Below, one piece after another: positions 12,517 to 25,724 of a DNA stretch of 64,000 bases. Position 1 is the first letter of the stretch, and each line of letters begins with the position of its first letter. The DNA lies in assembly GCF_018977255.1 (NCBI RefSeq), contig NW_024704821.1, positions 1 through 64,000 of the forward strand, given 5' to 3'. A program made the position numbers and the translations under genes. Source of the DNA: Callorhinchus milii (taxonomy: Eukaryota). The notes beneath the pieces are model-generated. The model did no database searches. It had not been told where the DNA came from and saw nothing but the letters and a program-made list of their open reading frames with translations.

Positions 12517-13529
12517 ATCTCAGCCGCGTTTCAATACAACAACCAATTGCTTTGATACAGCGACTTTCACCAGTCACCGGGGTAGAGAGTCCTCTCACTC
12601 AGCTACTATTAACCATGCAAGTTGTAGCGCGAACCAGAAGGGTGCTTATTGATCGACAAACATCGGGAACAGACAGCTCTATCAATGGCAAATTATGTGG
12701 TTTTTGCTGGTTTCAACAATCTATCTCTGGGTTTTTCGTTTGTAGGTGGGATGCATGGAAGTATCAGCTATGTTTGGAGACCCTTAATCATGGTGATGCC
12801 TATCCTTAGTTGCTGGCCGAAAAAACACCACAGAGAGAAAGTGGAATAGCAATATTTTAAAGGATTACAATTCTGTCCAGGGGATCAATTGGAAAGTCGT
12901 CTCACTCTTCGCTTGTAATTTTAATGCAACCTTCGCAACGTCATATGACGGTGAACCAATAATTCTTCATAAACTGTCATTCACGCCAGCCGTTGCTCCC
13001 GTTTCTTAACGGAAAATAAAAGAGTAATTTGCAATCATTTTACGGAAATTCCCATGCGATCGTTAACTTCCATGTGCACAGACAAGTCAGTACCTCAGTC
13101 GAATAACAATAACAGTCCTTTCATTTGATAAAGCACGTGTTAGAGATGTCTTAAAGAGCTTCACAGAAAATATTGTAAATGGAATTCATCGTGCGTTTTG
13201 CGTCCGCAAAGAATGGAATATTTTTTATCTTTGATTTGAAGGATTTATTACCGACCCGGAAAAGTGACACAAAACGTTGGAAGGCCGCCGGATATAATTC
13301 TCTCTTCCAAATGCTCCTCTACTTCAAAATACTCCGCTTCAAATCCCCTTCTGGATTAAAGATGACAATTTGTAAATGCTTAAATTTAGCTGGCAGCCAT
13401 TCTTGATCAGTTGGAATTAATAGTAAGTGTCGCCCTCTGAAGGCCAATGTGCCACAATTCATCAGCTTCATATTTCATGGCAAACTTGAAGTAAAGCATG
13501 ATTGTAATAATAATGTGTTGAGGTTCCCA

Positions 13530-13615
13530 GTGGCTTATATTACTGAGGCTCAGAGTACAGTAACACACCCCGCTGTCAGTCACTGTGAGACCACAGATAC
13601 TGAAGCCCCCCCTCC
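13530..13615 (-). pseudogene. Relic V 3' end (paralogs at ~29090-29170 and ~43020-43100)
   Basis: Reads LTVTDSGVCYCTLSL, resembling the supporting-V end LRLTDSAMYHCALSL. RSS is decayed. Confidence 0.5.
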
Positions 13616-14654
13616 CACACACCAAATCCTCGCCTCACAATTATGTTGATCTGTTCTGAGCCCCAAAGGGCATTTTTCATTATAATAGTTTACATTGCAG
13701 CACAGAATTGAGCCAATCTTGCCAACGGCAATTGTACATTGTTGTACTTGCGGACTATTTACCCAGCAATAAATAGGAATCCGTTGTTGTTCGATTGGCG
13801 AATCACTTTCCGGGTTAATAATCCCTCCGAAAGGTGTTGGTCACTGCTCTCCACCAATCGACTAACAGATGAGTTCGTACTTACTGCTATTTAAACAGAG
13901 GTGTGTGGCATAAAGAAACTTGCCCATCGTTTCGCCCCACCGTGAGTCGAAACCAGGTCTCTCACTGTCGAGGTGAGTGTTCTAACCACTGAGCTACCGG
14001 ACTTCGCAGATATAAACTTTGAATCAATATTGGTCATTGATTGGAACATTGGCACATTGAAATAACGAACATTTGTTTGTCAGTCTGAAACTTTAGGAAA
14101 CCCATCGCCAAGCAAAAGAGACTCCAAATATCGCTACCTCCCATCTCCTCTTGGAAATCACTGAAATAGTCTTTTTGAATGGAATGAGCATTCTCCTCCC
14201 TTATGAAACTATGCAGTTTAGCTAAATCCGTCAATGATTAGCCGCAAGTTGGCGAGAACCAAGGCTTGAGGACCCCCACATTACGCTTTGGGGTAACTGT
14301 TGCTGTATAACCAGCTAATGCCACATAGTTTCCCGTTCACACCGCCAATTCGCAGCAACTTCTTTTAGCAGTATATTTTGTGAAGCCGTTTGAGACATCT
14401 CGAAGTCGCGATAAGGCGCTACATTAAATGTAAGATTCACTATTAATTCGTTCACTCTTTCCCTACACGAACTGTTCCATCACATTTTGCTTGTGGTTGG
14501 CAATCAGCCGCGTGTTTCCTCTGAGAGACACAGGAGCAAAGTAAAAAATGTGAATTAGGTCAACTGTCAGCATTAACATCTGTGCTGAGATGAGACCCTT
14601 TCTCTCCTCTTTGGAGGTTTATGCACAGTGATGTAGTCTGACAGTAACACTGTG

Positions 14655-14961
14655 TGTGTGATGGTACAGTAATGTTTGACCATGTCAGGTAGAGCCACGG
14701 GGAACACAAATAGAGTGGATCTCTTCCTGCCCATGTACAGATTTGGCGTTAAACTTTGCGTTGCAAATTCAGCAATGAATACATCCCCCTCAGAATCATG
14801 TTTCCTTGTGCACAGAGGAGGTTCTCTTGGATACTGACGGTACCAGAATATTAAAACATTGGTGGAATCAGCAGAGAAGGTGCAGCTCAGGGTTACAGTC
14901 TGTACTTCAGTAACAGACATTTCCACCTCTGATGGTTCAACACTGACTCCATCTCCTGTCC
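14655..14961 (-). pseudogene. Family Y V, open V exon but defective leader
   Basis: ORF with C23, W41, HYC104 and RSS (14648-14654, 23 nt, GCATAAACC). Leader donor mutated to TT (~15050) and no start codon is evident. Confidence 0.7.
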
Positions 14962-16099
14962 CTATAGCCAGAGAAAACATGTTTATCAGTGTCATACAAA
15001 GCCCGGAGGTAAATCCACTAATTGTTTTAAGGGTTAGGGTGAAAGACTTAACATCATGCACAATAAAAGTGAATGTAACATCGCAAAGGAATTAACAGCG
15101 CAAATGTGCTGCCCTGTTAACCACAAAGCACATAGCAACTCAAATTTGCAATCAAAATATGTGAAGAGCTTTAAGTTATACTCTATACCGAAAAACATAT
15201 AAGGACTGTTGTTCCTTCATCTCCAGGATTTATTTTCTATGCTGGGTTGTCAAAAAATCAGCCTTGTGCTCCAACGTAGGTCAAGTAATACCCATTGATT
15301 ATCTTGACTTCATCTACTGCAAGTAACATAATAGCAATGATTGCATTTGATGGAGTGATTGTACATTTTCATCTGGAGCGCACACCTGTGTCCTGCAAAA
15401 ACAGTCGTGAATCAAGAAACAAAACTATTATTTGCCAATTAGTTTTGCAGCGGTCATTACCCCAGAAAATAATTTGACAGTCGACCAACAAACGCGTTCC
15501 CACGTACTGTAAGAAAAACAGAGGCGCGAGTATGGAGTAAGGAAACTTGACCAACTTTTCGCACTGCCTGGGATTCGAACCCATGTCCTCTCACTAACGA
15601 TTAAGGTACACGTCTCCACTGACATTAAAATATCACTTTAAAACAAATCAGTGTGAAAATTTGTGTAACAGCGTTTTAAGTGCCCGCTGTAACAAACAAA
15701 AAATTGGATTAGGCATTTTTACTGCAAAATGTACAGTCAATTCAATTTAAAGAATAATCTGAGAATCGCATTGAGAAGTCTCAATGAAGTGCTGCGACTA
15801 AAAGTCAAATGGAAAGATTATGTTAATTGTTATTTTATTTTTATTGCTGTTATTATTAACATGCAAAACTTCCAAAATCATTTAGCACAATCTTCTCTCT
15901 GTTGGTGAAGAACATCTCAACTATACAGTAAGAAAATTATCACATATTTTAGCTGACTTGACAAACCTCAACAAGATGTGAGCTATGGTGGCATTTGGCA
16001 GAAGGTTTGTTACACTCTCTGTCGCTAACTGTACTGTTTTCCAGCTTTGGTTGTGATGAGGGTTATTGTACGAGGCTTCCTATGATGTGTATCACTGTG

Positions 16100-16401
16100 G
16101 TGCAGACTGAGTGCACAGTGATACATAGCGGAGTCTGTCAGCCGCAGGTCGGCGATGGTTAAAACGCTGATTTTCTTGGCAGTGTCAAGAGAAGCAGAAA
16201 TATGATCTCCAGTGGGGTTTCCTCCCTCTCCTGAGGGTTTTCTGTGGAGCAGGTATTTCAGTCCCTCGCCAGGGGACTGACGGTACCAGGAGACGCTGAA
16301 ATCCTGTCCACAGTATCCTGAATATTGGCAATGTAAATTTATCCTCTCACCAGCAAAAGCAGTTTGTTCAGGCGGTGACTGGGAAACTGTATAATTGGAT
16401 C
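16100..16401 (-). CDS. Supporting TCR-delta V exon of NAR-TCR cassette 1 (no functional leader found, CDR1 Cys), intact
   Basis: Acceptor ...cccgcag| then SNYTVSQSPPEQTAFAGERINLHCQYSGYCGQDFSVSWYRQSPGEGLKYLLHRKPSGEGGNPTGDHISASLDTAKKISVLTIADLRLTDSAMYHCALSLH. RSS CACAGTG (16093-16099), 23 nt, ACAATAACC (16061-16069). Splice phase is compatible with the upstream J (A|GA = Arg). Confidence 0.88.
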
Positions 16402-17404
16402 CTGCGGGACGCAAATTACAGTTTACTTAGAGTCATGGAATCATTGAATCTTTCAGCACAGAAAGAGGCCATTCAGCCCATCGTGTCTGTGAAAAGAGCT
16501 TTGAAAATAGCCAACCAATATAATCCCACTCTCCCGCTATGAACACATAGACCTTTATAATTCCTTTTGATGCATCCAGCCAATTTCATACTGAAATTAT
16601 CTTTCGAATCTGTTTCCACTACACTTTGAGGCAGCACATTGCATTCAATAGGAATTTTCAGTGAAAATAAATTCTTCTGCTCTCCACTCTTGCTCTGTTA
16701 CAACTTATCTTACATTTGGGTTCATTACTTACTGAACCACTTCCCAGTGGACTCATGGTTTCCTTTTCTGCTCTACCAAAAACACTTGCGGCTGTGAACA
16801 TTTCAACTAAATTTCCCCTAAACCTTCGGTCCTCTCAGGAGAACATTACCAGAACATACAAATTAATTCCTTCTGTCCTGGTATCATTTTGCTAAATCTT
16901 TCTCGCTCCCTGTCCAAGGCCTTCACACACTTCCTAATGTGTCCGTGAAAGGTACAACGATACACGTAAGGATTAATGTTACATCAACAGTAGAAAGAGC
17001 AAAGGAATGTATTAAAGAAGGCAGCTCTTTCTGCTGAGCCATGTTTTATTGCAGACACAAACCCTATGTTTATTTCTGTGACACCATTGATAAGCCTCTC
17101 GTAAGTGCACCGTTTAATTAAGCATTGATTCTCTAATTTTATACTCGTTTGCTGTAGTGGATTGTCCACATTGAGGCTTTGGGTGTCTGTGATCATGGGA
17201 ATGTTTAGCAGAGAATCAGGTGTTAGTTTGTACCGTTAACTTCAGCGCATTTACAGTTGAGGCAAATGGAAAGTTTCCTGCTGTAAATGTCGTTACTTTA
17301 ACATCGCTGTTGGAGGAGGTTTATTCTCTGATTTGTTGCCAATATCAGTTTCTCTCTCAGTCTGTGAACTGCTCAATGCAGCTTCACTTGAGCCAGCAGC
17401 CAAG

Positions 17405-17546
17405 TGCTTTTCCTGTCTCTCTCTGTCTCTCTCTCCGTCTCTCCCTCTCTGTCTTTTTTGCTTTCTTTCTTTCTTTCTTTCTTTATATCTTTCTTACTTT
17501 CTTTCTTTATGTCTTTCTTTCTTCTCTTCTTTCTCTTCTTCTCTCT

Positions 17547-17587
<41 letters not shown>

Positions 17588-17690
17588 GTCTGTCTTTCTT
17601 TCTTTCTTTCTTTCTCTTTTTCTTTCTGTCTTTCTATCTGTCCCTCTTTCTCTCTAAATCGTTTTTCATTCTTTCTTCAAATTTCACGCC
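17405..17690. repeat. (TC)n/(TTTC)n microsatellite in the J-to-supporting-V intron
   Basis: Seen directly. The paralogous positions in cassettes 2 and 3 coincide with the N-gaps. Confidence 0.9.
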
Positions 17691-18202
17691 TTACATTATC
17701 GAAACATGCAGTGTTTCTGCACGCTTGCATACGGATTTGCTTGTTGGTGTAGAATGAATTAGAAGTACATGGGAACCCTCAGTGTTTTTGGAGAGACTAA
17801 TGTTTGTTAACGTTTCCGGTTGATGAACTTGATTCAGAACTGTAGAACCCACTTTTTGGGAGAACAGAAGAGGATATTAATGGTAATACATCCCAGCGCT
17901 GTTAGTAATTATTTATCCGAATTAATATGAGTGTACTCTGGTCATTTTCCTTTGGAACTACTATGCAGACCAAATCAGTGTCTTTCAAAACATGGAAATA
18001 AAAGTTGGTCATTTGAGAAACAAACATTAAAGTAGGAGCTGATTTATATTTTCGCATCACATTCATGAATTTTTTTTTCAAGCGGTTTGTTGAAATGGCA
18101 CATTTGCACATAATTGGGAGCAATCGGTTAGAATTATGTTTTTTTGACAAACTCACGTAAATAAACTTTTATTTTAATTCATTAGAAATGTTTCTCACTT
18201 AC

Positions 18203-18297
18203 TTTTCGTTACAGTTACTTTGGTTCCTGATCCATCTTCTGTATGTTCCTCATAATAACACAGTGACACAACTCTGATTCTACAAGGTGCAAAAACT
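18203..18297 (-). other. NAR-TCR cassette 1 J segment (coding 18203-18258) with 23-RSS
   Basis: Nonamer 18289-18297, 23-nt spacer, heptamer 18259-18265. Encodes YYEEHTEDGSGTKVTVTK + 1 nt, followed by GTAAGT donor. Confidence 0.9.
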
Positions 18298-18608
18298 GTT
18301 CCATCGAGTCATGGTTTAATCCTGGCACCAAAACAAGCAAATGCAGACAAATTGTTAATAATTCCTATACTTTTACCACAGTCCCATTTGTATAATATTC
18401 GTTTGTCCAAATCATGCTTATTTTCAGTAAGTTTTCCACATAAACACAGTCAAAGCGCAAAGACCGAAGAACATCTTCCTGCAAATAATTCTACAAATAT
18501 GTGGAAATAATTAATTTGAAAGCTAACTTTCGATACTTTCTGGAGCACAAAACAGGACAATGTTAGCGGTGATCACGTCTCATGTATTTCCGTGAAAATT
18601 AGCAGTGC

Positions 18609-18678
18609 AGTAATTGTGCTGATGTTTTCCAATGTGGGTTCCCAGCGAAGCACAGTGTTTAATGTGAACACAAAAACA
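18609..18678 (-). other. NAR-TCR cassette 1 D segment (18637-18650, CTTCGCTGGGAACC) flanked by 12/12 RSS
   Basis: 5' RSS on + strand: cacagtg 18651-18657, 12 nt, acaaaaaca 18670-18678. 3' RSS on minus strand: CACATTG (18630-18636), 12 nt, ACAATTACT (18609-18617). Confidence 0.9.
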
Positions 18679-19040
18679 CAGGTTTGCAAAACAATTCAAA
18701 TGATTTCTGCCATTTACAAATGATCAACTAATCACATAACGTGTAAAATTCTTTTGAATATTTTCTCAATAAATTTACATGCCCTCTGTCTCTTGCAATA
18801 ATTCATAAGGTATATGAATCCAAACAACGTAGTAACTTCAGATTGATACACACTCACTTTTCCTAAGTATTCATAAGTGACATTCGCTTCTTAAAGGAAG
18901 TATTCTTAAACATAGCTGCACATTACACACGAATGAGGAACATGCACTGATCTCATCGGCAATTTCACATTATCTGTGTTTTTCCTGTGAGTTGGTGACG
19001 GGGCTTTTTGTATTGTTGGAAGCCCAGATACGGCATTGTG

Positions 19041-19757
19041 GTATCCCAGTAATATCGAGCTCTACAGTAATAATCAGCGCTGTCTTCAACTTGCAAGTCA
19101 TTAATTTCCAGAGAAGAGGACCACGATCCCTTGTCTGTCTTCACAACAAACCGTCCTTCACGAGGAATGGGCTTCCAATCTCTTTCATTTGGAAACCGCC
19201 TATAAAACTCCATACTTTTGAATACGCTTTGATAACTTGCTGAGAAGACACAGTTGATGGTTAAAGACTCGCATTCTTCTCTTATAATAGAGGATGGTGT
19301 CTGTGTTACTGAGGCGCTGAAAACATCTGAGAAATTATGCACAATATTACATCAGTTTAACAGATTTTCAACATTGACCACTTCTATTACAATTCCAGTG
19401 CAAATTTTGGCTTTATCTCCCTTGATATCAGTTGATATAATATACTCAGGATTATGTAGTATCATTATTGTATTAATTAATTAATATGATTATAATATAT
19501 AATGTAACTAAAGTAAAATAATTGCCTGCCGCGTTTCGCCCACAAAATACAAAGTTATTTCAGTACACAAACTATTATTTGAAGCGATTTGAGACGTCCC
19601 ATCCACATCATAACGCTATACATCAATTACAAGGATTATTTATATAGTGTAACTATAGTACTGATGACATTCACTGGTGCTGTGAAGTGCTGTGTTATGG
19701 AAACAACCACTTACATTGTAAGAAGAGGAAGGAGATGGAGACACAGAGGAGAGACAT
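19041..19757 (-). CDS. NAR-TCR cassette 1: IgNAR-like V gene segment (leader 19715-19757, V exon 19041-19326), intact
   Basis: Leader MSLLCVSISFLFLQ|gtaag (phase 1) splices to YVFSASVTQTPSSIIREECESLTINCVFSASYQSVFKSMEFYRRFPNERDWKPIPREGRFVVKTDKGSWSSSLEINDLQVEDSADYYCRARYYWD. ESLTINCV, GRFV and SLEINDL.VEDS match IgNAR V framework, and CDR2 is absent. RSS CACAATG (19034-19040), 22 nt, ACAAAAAGC (19003-19011). Confidence 0.9.
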
Positions 19758-22700
19758 CCTCTCACCGCTGGGAGATACCGTCAGCCCCGGACACCTCAGA
19801 GTGACTGTGAGTAACACAGAGCTGTTCTGTAAGAGTGTTGGAGGGAGACTTGGTTTATTTGTGATGAACAGCGTCACATCATGGCTGGTGTCAGCGGCTT
19901 TGAGGGTGGGCGGGGGTGGTTTGGGGTGTGGAGGGGAAGAACATACATGAGGATAGGGACTGACTGACTGCGCCCGAGAGCAGTGGGCAGAGAGGGCCAC
20001 TTGGGGATGACTGTTCGAGGCTCATTTAAGTTTAACTGGACCCTTGACGTGGAAGCCAACGGGAGGGAATATAACCTGACAATGTGAGTGGGACAAAGGC
20101 TGTGTGATGGAGAGACGGACTGTACTGAGAATTGGGAAATTGACATAAAGAAACTACTTACACACCTTTGACTTGGAGTGAGTTATTTTACAGTGACCAG
20201 CAGCAGGACGGGGAAGCCGGTCAAGCCAGTAATGAGTTAATGAGACATGGGTGATGATGGGTAAGAAGGAGGAAGGAGAAATTGGGGTAAAGGAATATGG
20301 GGTGCGGTGATTATATAAGCCATCGGGATAGAGGGGGTGACAAAGAGATGAAAGGCTACCCGGGGACATGGAGGTGTAAGAGAAAGCAGGGAATATGACG
20401 TTTATTTTTCAGCATATCAGGTGAAGCGGTTTATCACGTTTGATCGACATGGTAGTGGACTGTGTCAAACAAAAGCATTATTTTTAATCCCTGTCTCGGC
20501 CTTTCTGTCGGTCTATCTGTCAGTCTGTGTATTGTGTGGCTGTCTTCTGTGTGTCTCTCTTTCACAAATGTCATTGGCCTTGAGCATTGAGATGTCTTAA
20601 AGGCTCTGAGGTGGAGCTGATCAATTGTGGAATCAGAAGTTTGGAATTATTTTTTGTCTTTAACGATGGTTTGGGAGGAGATCGCAGTTTACTGCTGTGA
20701 GTGAGGGAGAGGCGATAGTTTTGATCAGGTTGGAGCCCGTTTAATTCTCATAATCCTAATAATCGTTACATTTTCTATGGATTCTTATCACGTTCCAAGC
20801 GATTCAGAGATATGCTGAAGAGTCGATCGATTTTATATTTTGTTGGAAAAATGGATCAGCCAAATGCATAGAAGGTGTCGTAGATTGAATGACCGAATTA
20901 ATACTTTACTTACGATTTATTTACTGTTTAAAAACAAACACAAAAGATTTCTTTTATATTTTAAATAAAAAAAGTATTTAGTTATCCTCCAATCGACAAA
21001 CATGTGGGTTCCTACTTACTGTTAGTGAAACAAAGACACCTTTGAAGCAAGGAAAATTGCAAAAGATTTTTCCCGACTCGGGAATGGAACCCATGCCCTC
21101 TCGCTTGCGGCACTATTGCACTAACTACTAACCTAAAGGACTCCACATTATTTGCAGGTCTAAACACCAGTGAGGTGTCCTGCTGATAAGGAAGCTACTG
21201 TATAACAGTCAGCTTTATTGTATTGTTATATGCTGACAACCAGTGGTATTGCAAGATAATGACACTGTATGTTTTGTGTTGGTATCAGTTTATTTATGAA
21301 ACGTGCACTTTGTTTTAGAATTAGCCGGATGTCCATTGGACGCAGGACAAGTCATACAACATTAATATTAATATTCCACTAAGATAAAGACATTCCACCT
21401 CAACTCCATCCTCTTCAACCCAACCATTTAAGACGCTTTCCTCCACGAATGACCACCCCCACACCTCCCATCTCAATTCAACTCAAGCTCGGATTCAAGT
21501 AAGACCTCTCGGGCGTCTTCGGACGTTATCCTAAAATTCAACATTCCGAGTCGCAGTCCAACATGAAGTGCGTAACGAAAATGCAATTTGTTGTGGTTGT
21601 TGTTGAAATGAAAGGCGCATTATAAATGTGACTTTGTCTTAATGCGAAGTGAAGTGACTGTGCATACATAGGGGAGCTTGACAGCCAAATTATGATAAGC
21701 GAGTTTGTAGAAATAGTTGTGAAGTGAATCAATAACAACATTAACAACAACAAATTACACTTCTATAGATACCTGCACGACGGAAATTCGTCCCAGGACG
21801 CTGGAGAGTCAGGGTTTTTTAATCACGAGCTTCAAGTTGGGGTGAGGATGGGTGAAGGGCAAGAGAGTTTGGATGGGAGTATGGATGAAGGATGTTCGAA
21901 GGGACATGTCTTACCTGGGACTCGAAAGTGTCAGGAGATCTGGTGAGGTGGAGGGTTTGCGGGATAGAGTTCCAGAGGGTGGGGCAGAGATGCTGAATTC
22001 ATGACTGACAATGGTGTCTTTCATTTAATAAACTATTTAATCCAATCCAATGCTTTTTCGCAACATGGAGCTCGTTAATGTGTTTGTATATACATATGGT
22101 ATGAGTTATTACCTCATATTAATCGCTGTGAGACAATAATCCTAATATATTTTCTAATTTACCTCTGAATGTCGACACACTTTCCTCAGTTTGACTCTAT
22201 AATACGATGAGCAAAGTTTATGTAAATCTAATCATCAAGTTGACGAAAGTTAAATACCAAGTTATTTAAACATGTGCACATAACTTTCAACGATAGAATC
22301 ACATTTCTTGCTAGCGTTAATAGGGGTTAATTCCAACAGGATTCTATCTTCATTTTCATTTCTGGAACCATCAAGCAAATAAAAATTGCATCATTATCAT
22401 TTTTATTATTTTATCATTCTAAAGTTAGATCGCTACGCTTCGTTGATCAGTTGAGAAAATTTAATTGTTTGTCTCTATAATAGACGTTAGCAAGTAATGC
22501 GTTTTCAGTGAAAAAAGTACAGTTACCAAAACTTTACTTTTATTTCTACGCTTAATAAATAGATCATAAAATTACATTTGATGATTGTGAGTGACTCAAT
22601 TAACTACAATAATGATTTAGTTTTTTTTCTCAAACGTTGTTGTTCTAATAATAATCGTTGCAGTTGGTATTTTGATAATAATTTTGTCATATTACTCCTT

Positions 22701-23490
22701 TATTGTTTGCGGACCCTGTTGTAAGGAATCGGCTGCCATGTTTCGCCCACAAAAAGCACGGTAAGTAAAATTTACAGCATATTTTGTGAAGCACTTTGTG
22801 ACGTCTCGAAGACGAGAAAAGTTCTACAGAAAATATAAGGATTATTTTCATTTCTTTCACTCTTTACTTACATGAACAACTGTTTTCTTTTCACTTTTGT
22901 TTGGAAATCAGTCACGTGATTCCTGTGAGAGATACTGCAGCAATGTCGAAGTTTATTAAATAGGTCAACTGTCAGAACTAATATCTGTACTCATATGAAA
23001 TTCTGTCTCTCATTTTCAGCGGTTTATGTACAGTGGTGTAGTCTGACAGAAACATATTATGGAATAATATTGCCAATAATAATCCTTGCATTTGATATAG
23101 CGCCTGATCACGTCTTTCAGAAATCCCAAAACAAATCACAGAATATGATGTAAAGTGAATTCACTATATCTTTTGTGGATGGTACGTGGCAGCCAATTGA
23201 GTTCGGCGAAGTTCAAAAACGTGTCACGGATTGAGTGATCAATTTATTATTATTAATTAAAGGGTTTATTATCCCCAGAAAAACAAACTGTCAATCGACT
23301 TACCACACATTATTTCTTGCTGCTCAGCAAACCGAGGTGGGTAGAGTGATGAAACCTGCCCACAATTTTCCCCGAGAGGGAATCAAACAGAAGTCTTTCC
23401 CTTTCGAGGCAAGTGCTCTAAACACTGAGCTAAAAGGCTCCACGTTGGCTCGGTTTTTGTACAGGGAAGTCATTGCCATGCAGCACTGTG

Positions 23491-24192
23491 CTTGATGTTA
23501 AGCCGCAATAATATGCGGCAGCGTCAGTGATAACGACGCTGCGTATTATTAAAGTGGTTTGTCTCTGATTCTCGTCAAGCTGTGAAGAAAAACGACGTGC
23601 GGCGAAATCTGCAGTGTTGCTTCCTCCAGCAGTATCCCTGTAGAGAACGTATTGGGGAGCCAGACCCGGGTGATGTCTGTACCAGTTCAGAGCAGCATAG
23701 GACGAGCTGGTGGTATATGAGCAGCTCAGACTCACTGTGTCTCCCTCTTGTTTGCTCAGCCCCGCTGTCTGCTGTCTGACTGAATCTCCCAGCACCACAT
23801 CTGCAACGAGAGGTATAAGATAAACATCAAGTCCTGTAGCTCAGTGCTTAGTGAACTCGCCTCGCAAGCGAGAGGATTTGGGATCTTTTCACTTACAGGA
23901 CAGGACGGAATCTTAAGCAAGTTTCCTTGTGCAATTGCCAATCGCGTTTCGCTCAACAGACATCTCATTTAGGTTTAGGCGTTTTATCAAATACAAGATT
24001 TACTGTCACTAACTTTGCATTCCTGCATTTCAAGTCCCAACCCCAGCTCAGGTGATCAGCCCGGACTGCCAAACACAATGAGCCGTTCTCCAGATATAAA
24101 ACTTCTATATCGATGTTACTCCCTATTGTACATTTCACAGCCTCACCTGCCATAAAGCTTAATAGGAGAAGGTAGTCGACGAATAGCCGCAT
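23491..24192 (-). CDS. TCR alpha/delta V gene, family Q, intact (leader 24147-24192, V exon 23491-23800)
   Basis: Leader MRLFVDYLLLLSFMA|gtgagg. V DVVLGDSVRQQTAGLSKQEGDTVSLSCSYTTSSSYAALNWYRHHPGLAPQYVLY…TDAAAYYCGLTS. Consensus RSS CACAGTG (23484-23490), 23 nt, ACAAAAACC (23452-23460). Confidence 0.93.
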
Positions 24193-25411
24193 TGTCGCTC
24201 TTCTGTAAGAAGCCTTTACCCTCAATGTTTGATGATAGAAAGTGATTGTCGATGGTGACGGGTTTGAACATCACATCCGTGACCCAACACCAGTGATTGA
24301 TTGACAAGCTCACCCTGTGACCTTGTTAGGCTGTTAAATATGGGCGTTGCGCTACACTCATTTACATGTTCATTAATTTCAAAGCCACACCCAAACGATG
24401 TCAAATCTGCTGTGGGTAAAACTTTGTTGAGAATAGGTCACAGACATGCATTTGCTAATTCACCGTTGTGACATCAATTACAACAATAAAATGCTGTAAG
24501 TAGCGTCATTCACATTGGGAGGAAGTACCAAGTCGCTGCACAGTCAAAGTGTTTGTCCTCGAGATTAGAGAGGGGAGAGAGTATGGCGGGTGGAGGAGGG
24601 ATGATCACTAAAGACTCGGTTGAGAAGGATGGTCTTCAGACGGGCCTTGAATGAGGCAAAGGGACACCAACGTTTTACTAGTTGTTAAAGATCCTCTTCC
24701 AACGTCAGATGCTACCACGGTCTCTGCCTCCGAACCTCAGCGACCTCCACAAACACTGCAATCAATACGCTATGAATACTAAATCTTCCAGGACTGTCAC
24801 TTGGATCTGTTAGGATATCGCTAATCGTTTAGAGTCGTTCCTAGGGATATTTAACACTCACTTAACAGTGATGGATTGAGTCGCCAACACTATTTTTGAA
24901 GGAATTATTATTCCAACGGAAAAGCGATACACCGATTGATTCACACCCGGGTTGTTTACCGCTGCGAGATAAACAGCGGTCTGTGTTTGGAGTGAGGCAA
25001 CTTGCCTAAGGTTTCACCAGGACCGGAATTGAACCAGGGTCCTCCAGTTTGTCAGACGATTGCTGTTCCCACTCCGCCACACGGCTCCATGTAAATTAAA
25101 CAAAAGAAACATGATTTGCTTTTATTTTATTTGCAAACTGAAGTAAACTAACAACAACTGGGCCTGTAACGCCTAATTAGATCACTAACGGTTGTCTGCA
25201 TTTACTGTGACAGATAATGTTGTGAAAGTTTAGCTGACAAGTTGATGTCAGGTGAATGTGGTTTCCTTTGAGTCTGGAGACTGAAATATCTGCTCTCCGC
25301 AGGGCCTCAAGGCCTGACCAAGTTTCCGCACAAACTTCAACAGACAGATCGTCCCTATGTAAAAGTGAAGGTAGTTTTTGTCCGAGATTTGCAGGGCTGT
25401 CAATCTCTGTG

Positions 25412-25724
25412 GTGAGACTCAAAGCACAGTGATACACAGCGCTGTCAGACACCACCAGCACAGACATAGAGAAACTAGTGGATGAATTGGATTCCCGTAG
25501 CTGAGCAGAGAAACGATTTTCGGTTCCTGTTCCTTGGTATTGATTGTCATCCCCAGAATAGCTCGCAACGAAAAACTCTGGCTGCTTGTCTGGGTAATGT
25601 CGGTACAAGTAGAGATGGTAATACCTATCAGTAGTGGAATAAGTACACTGAAAACTCACAGTTTCTCCTTCTGTCCTAACCATCGAGGCCGCCTTCTCAC
25701 TAACAGAGGCCTCGTCAGAGTGAT
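25412..25724 (-). pseudogene. Family Z V pseudogene
   Basis: Open frame but Trp41->Leu (LYLYRH). Heptamer CACAGAG (25405-25411). Leader reduced to ATGAGGCT at ~26282-26289 next to a SINE fragment. Confidence 0.8.

Noticed and set aside
17220-17757. Long Leu/Ser/Phe-rich ORFs
   Set aside because: Microsatellite translations. The same applies to ORFs spanning the N-gaps and the CA-rich tracts at 38025-38415, 50547-50804 and 60896-61430.
18680-19000. Search for a second free D segment between NAR V and D in each cassette
   Set aside because: No heptamer/nonamer pair with a 12 or 22/23 spacer was found by eye in any cassette.
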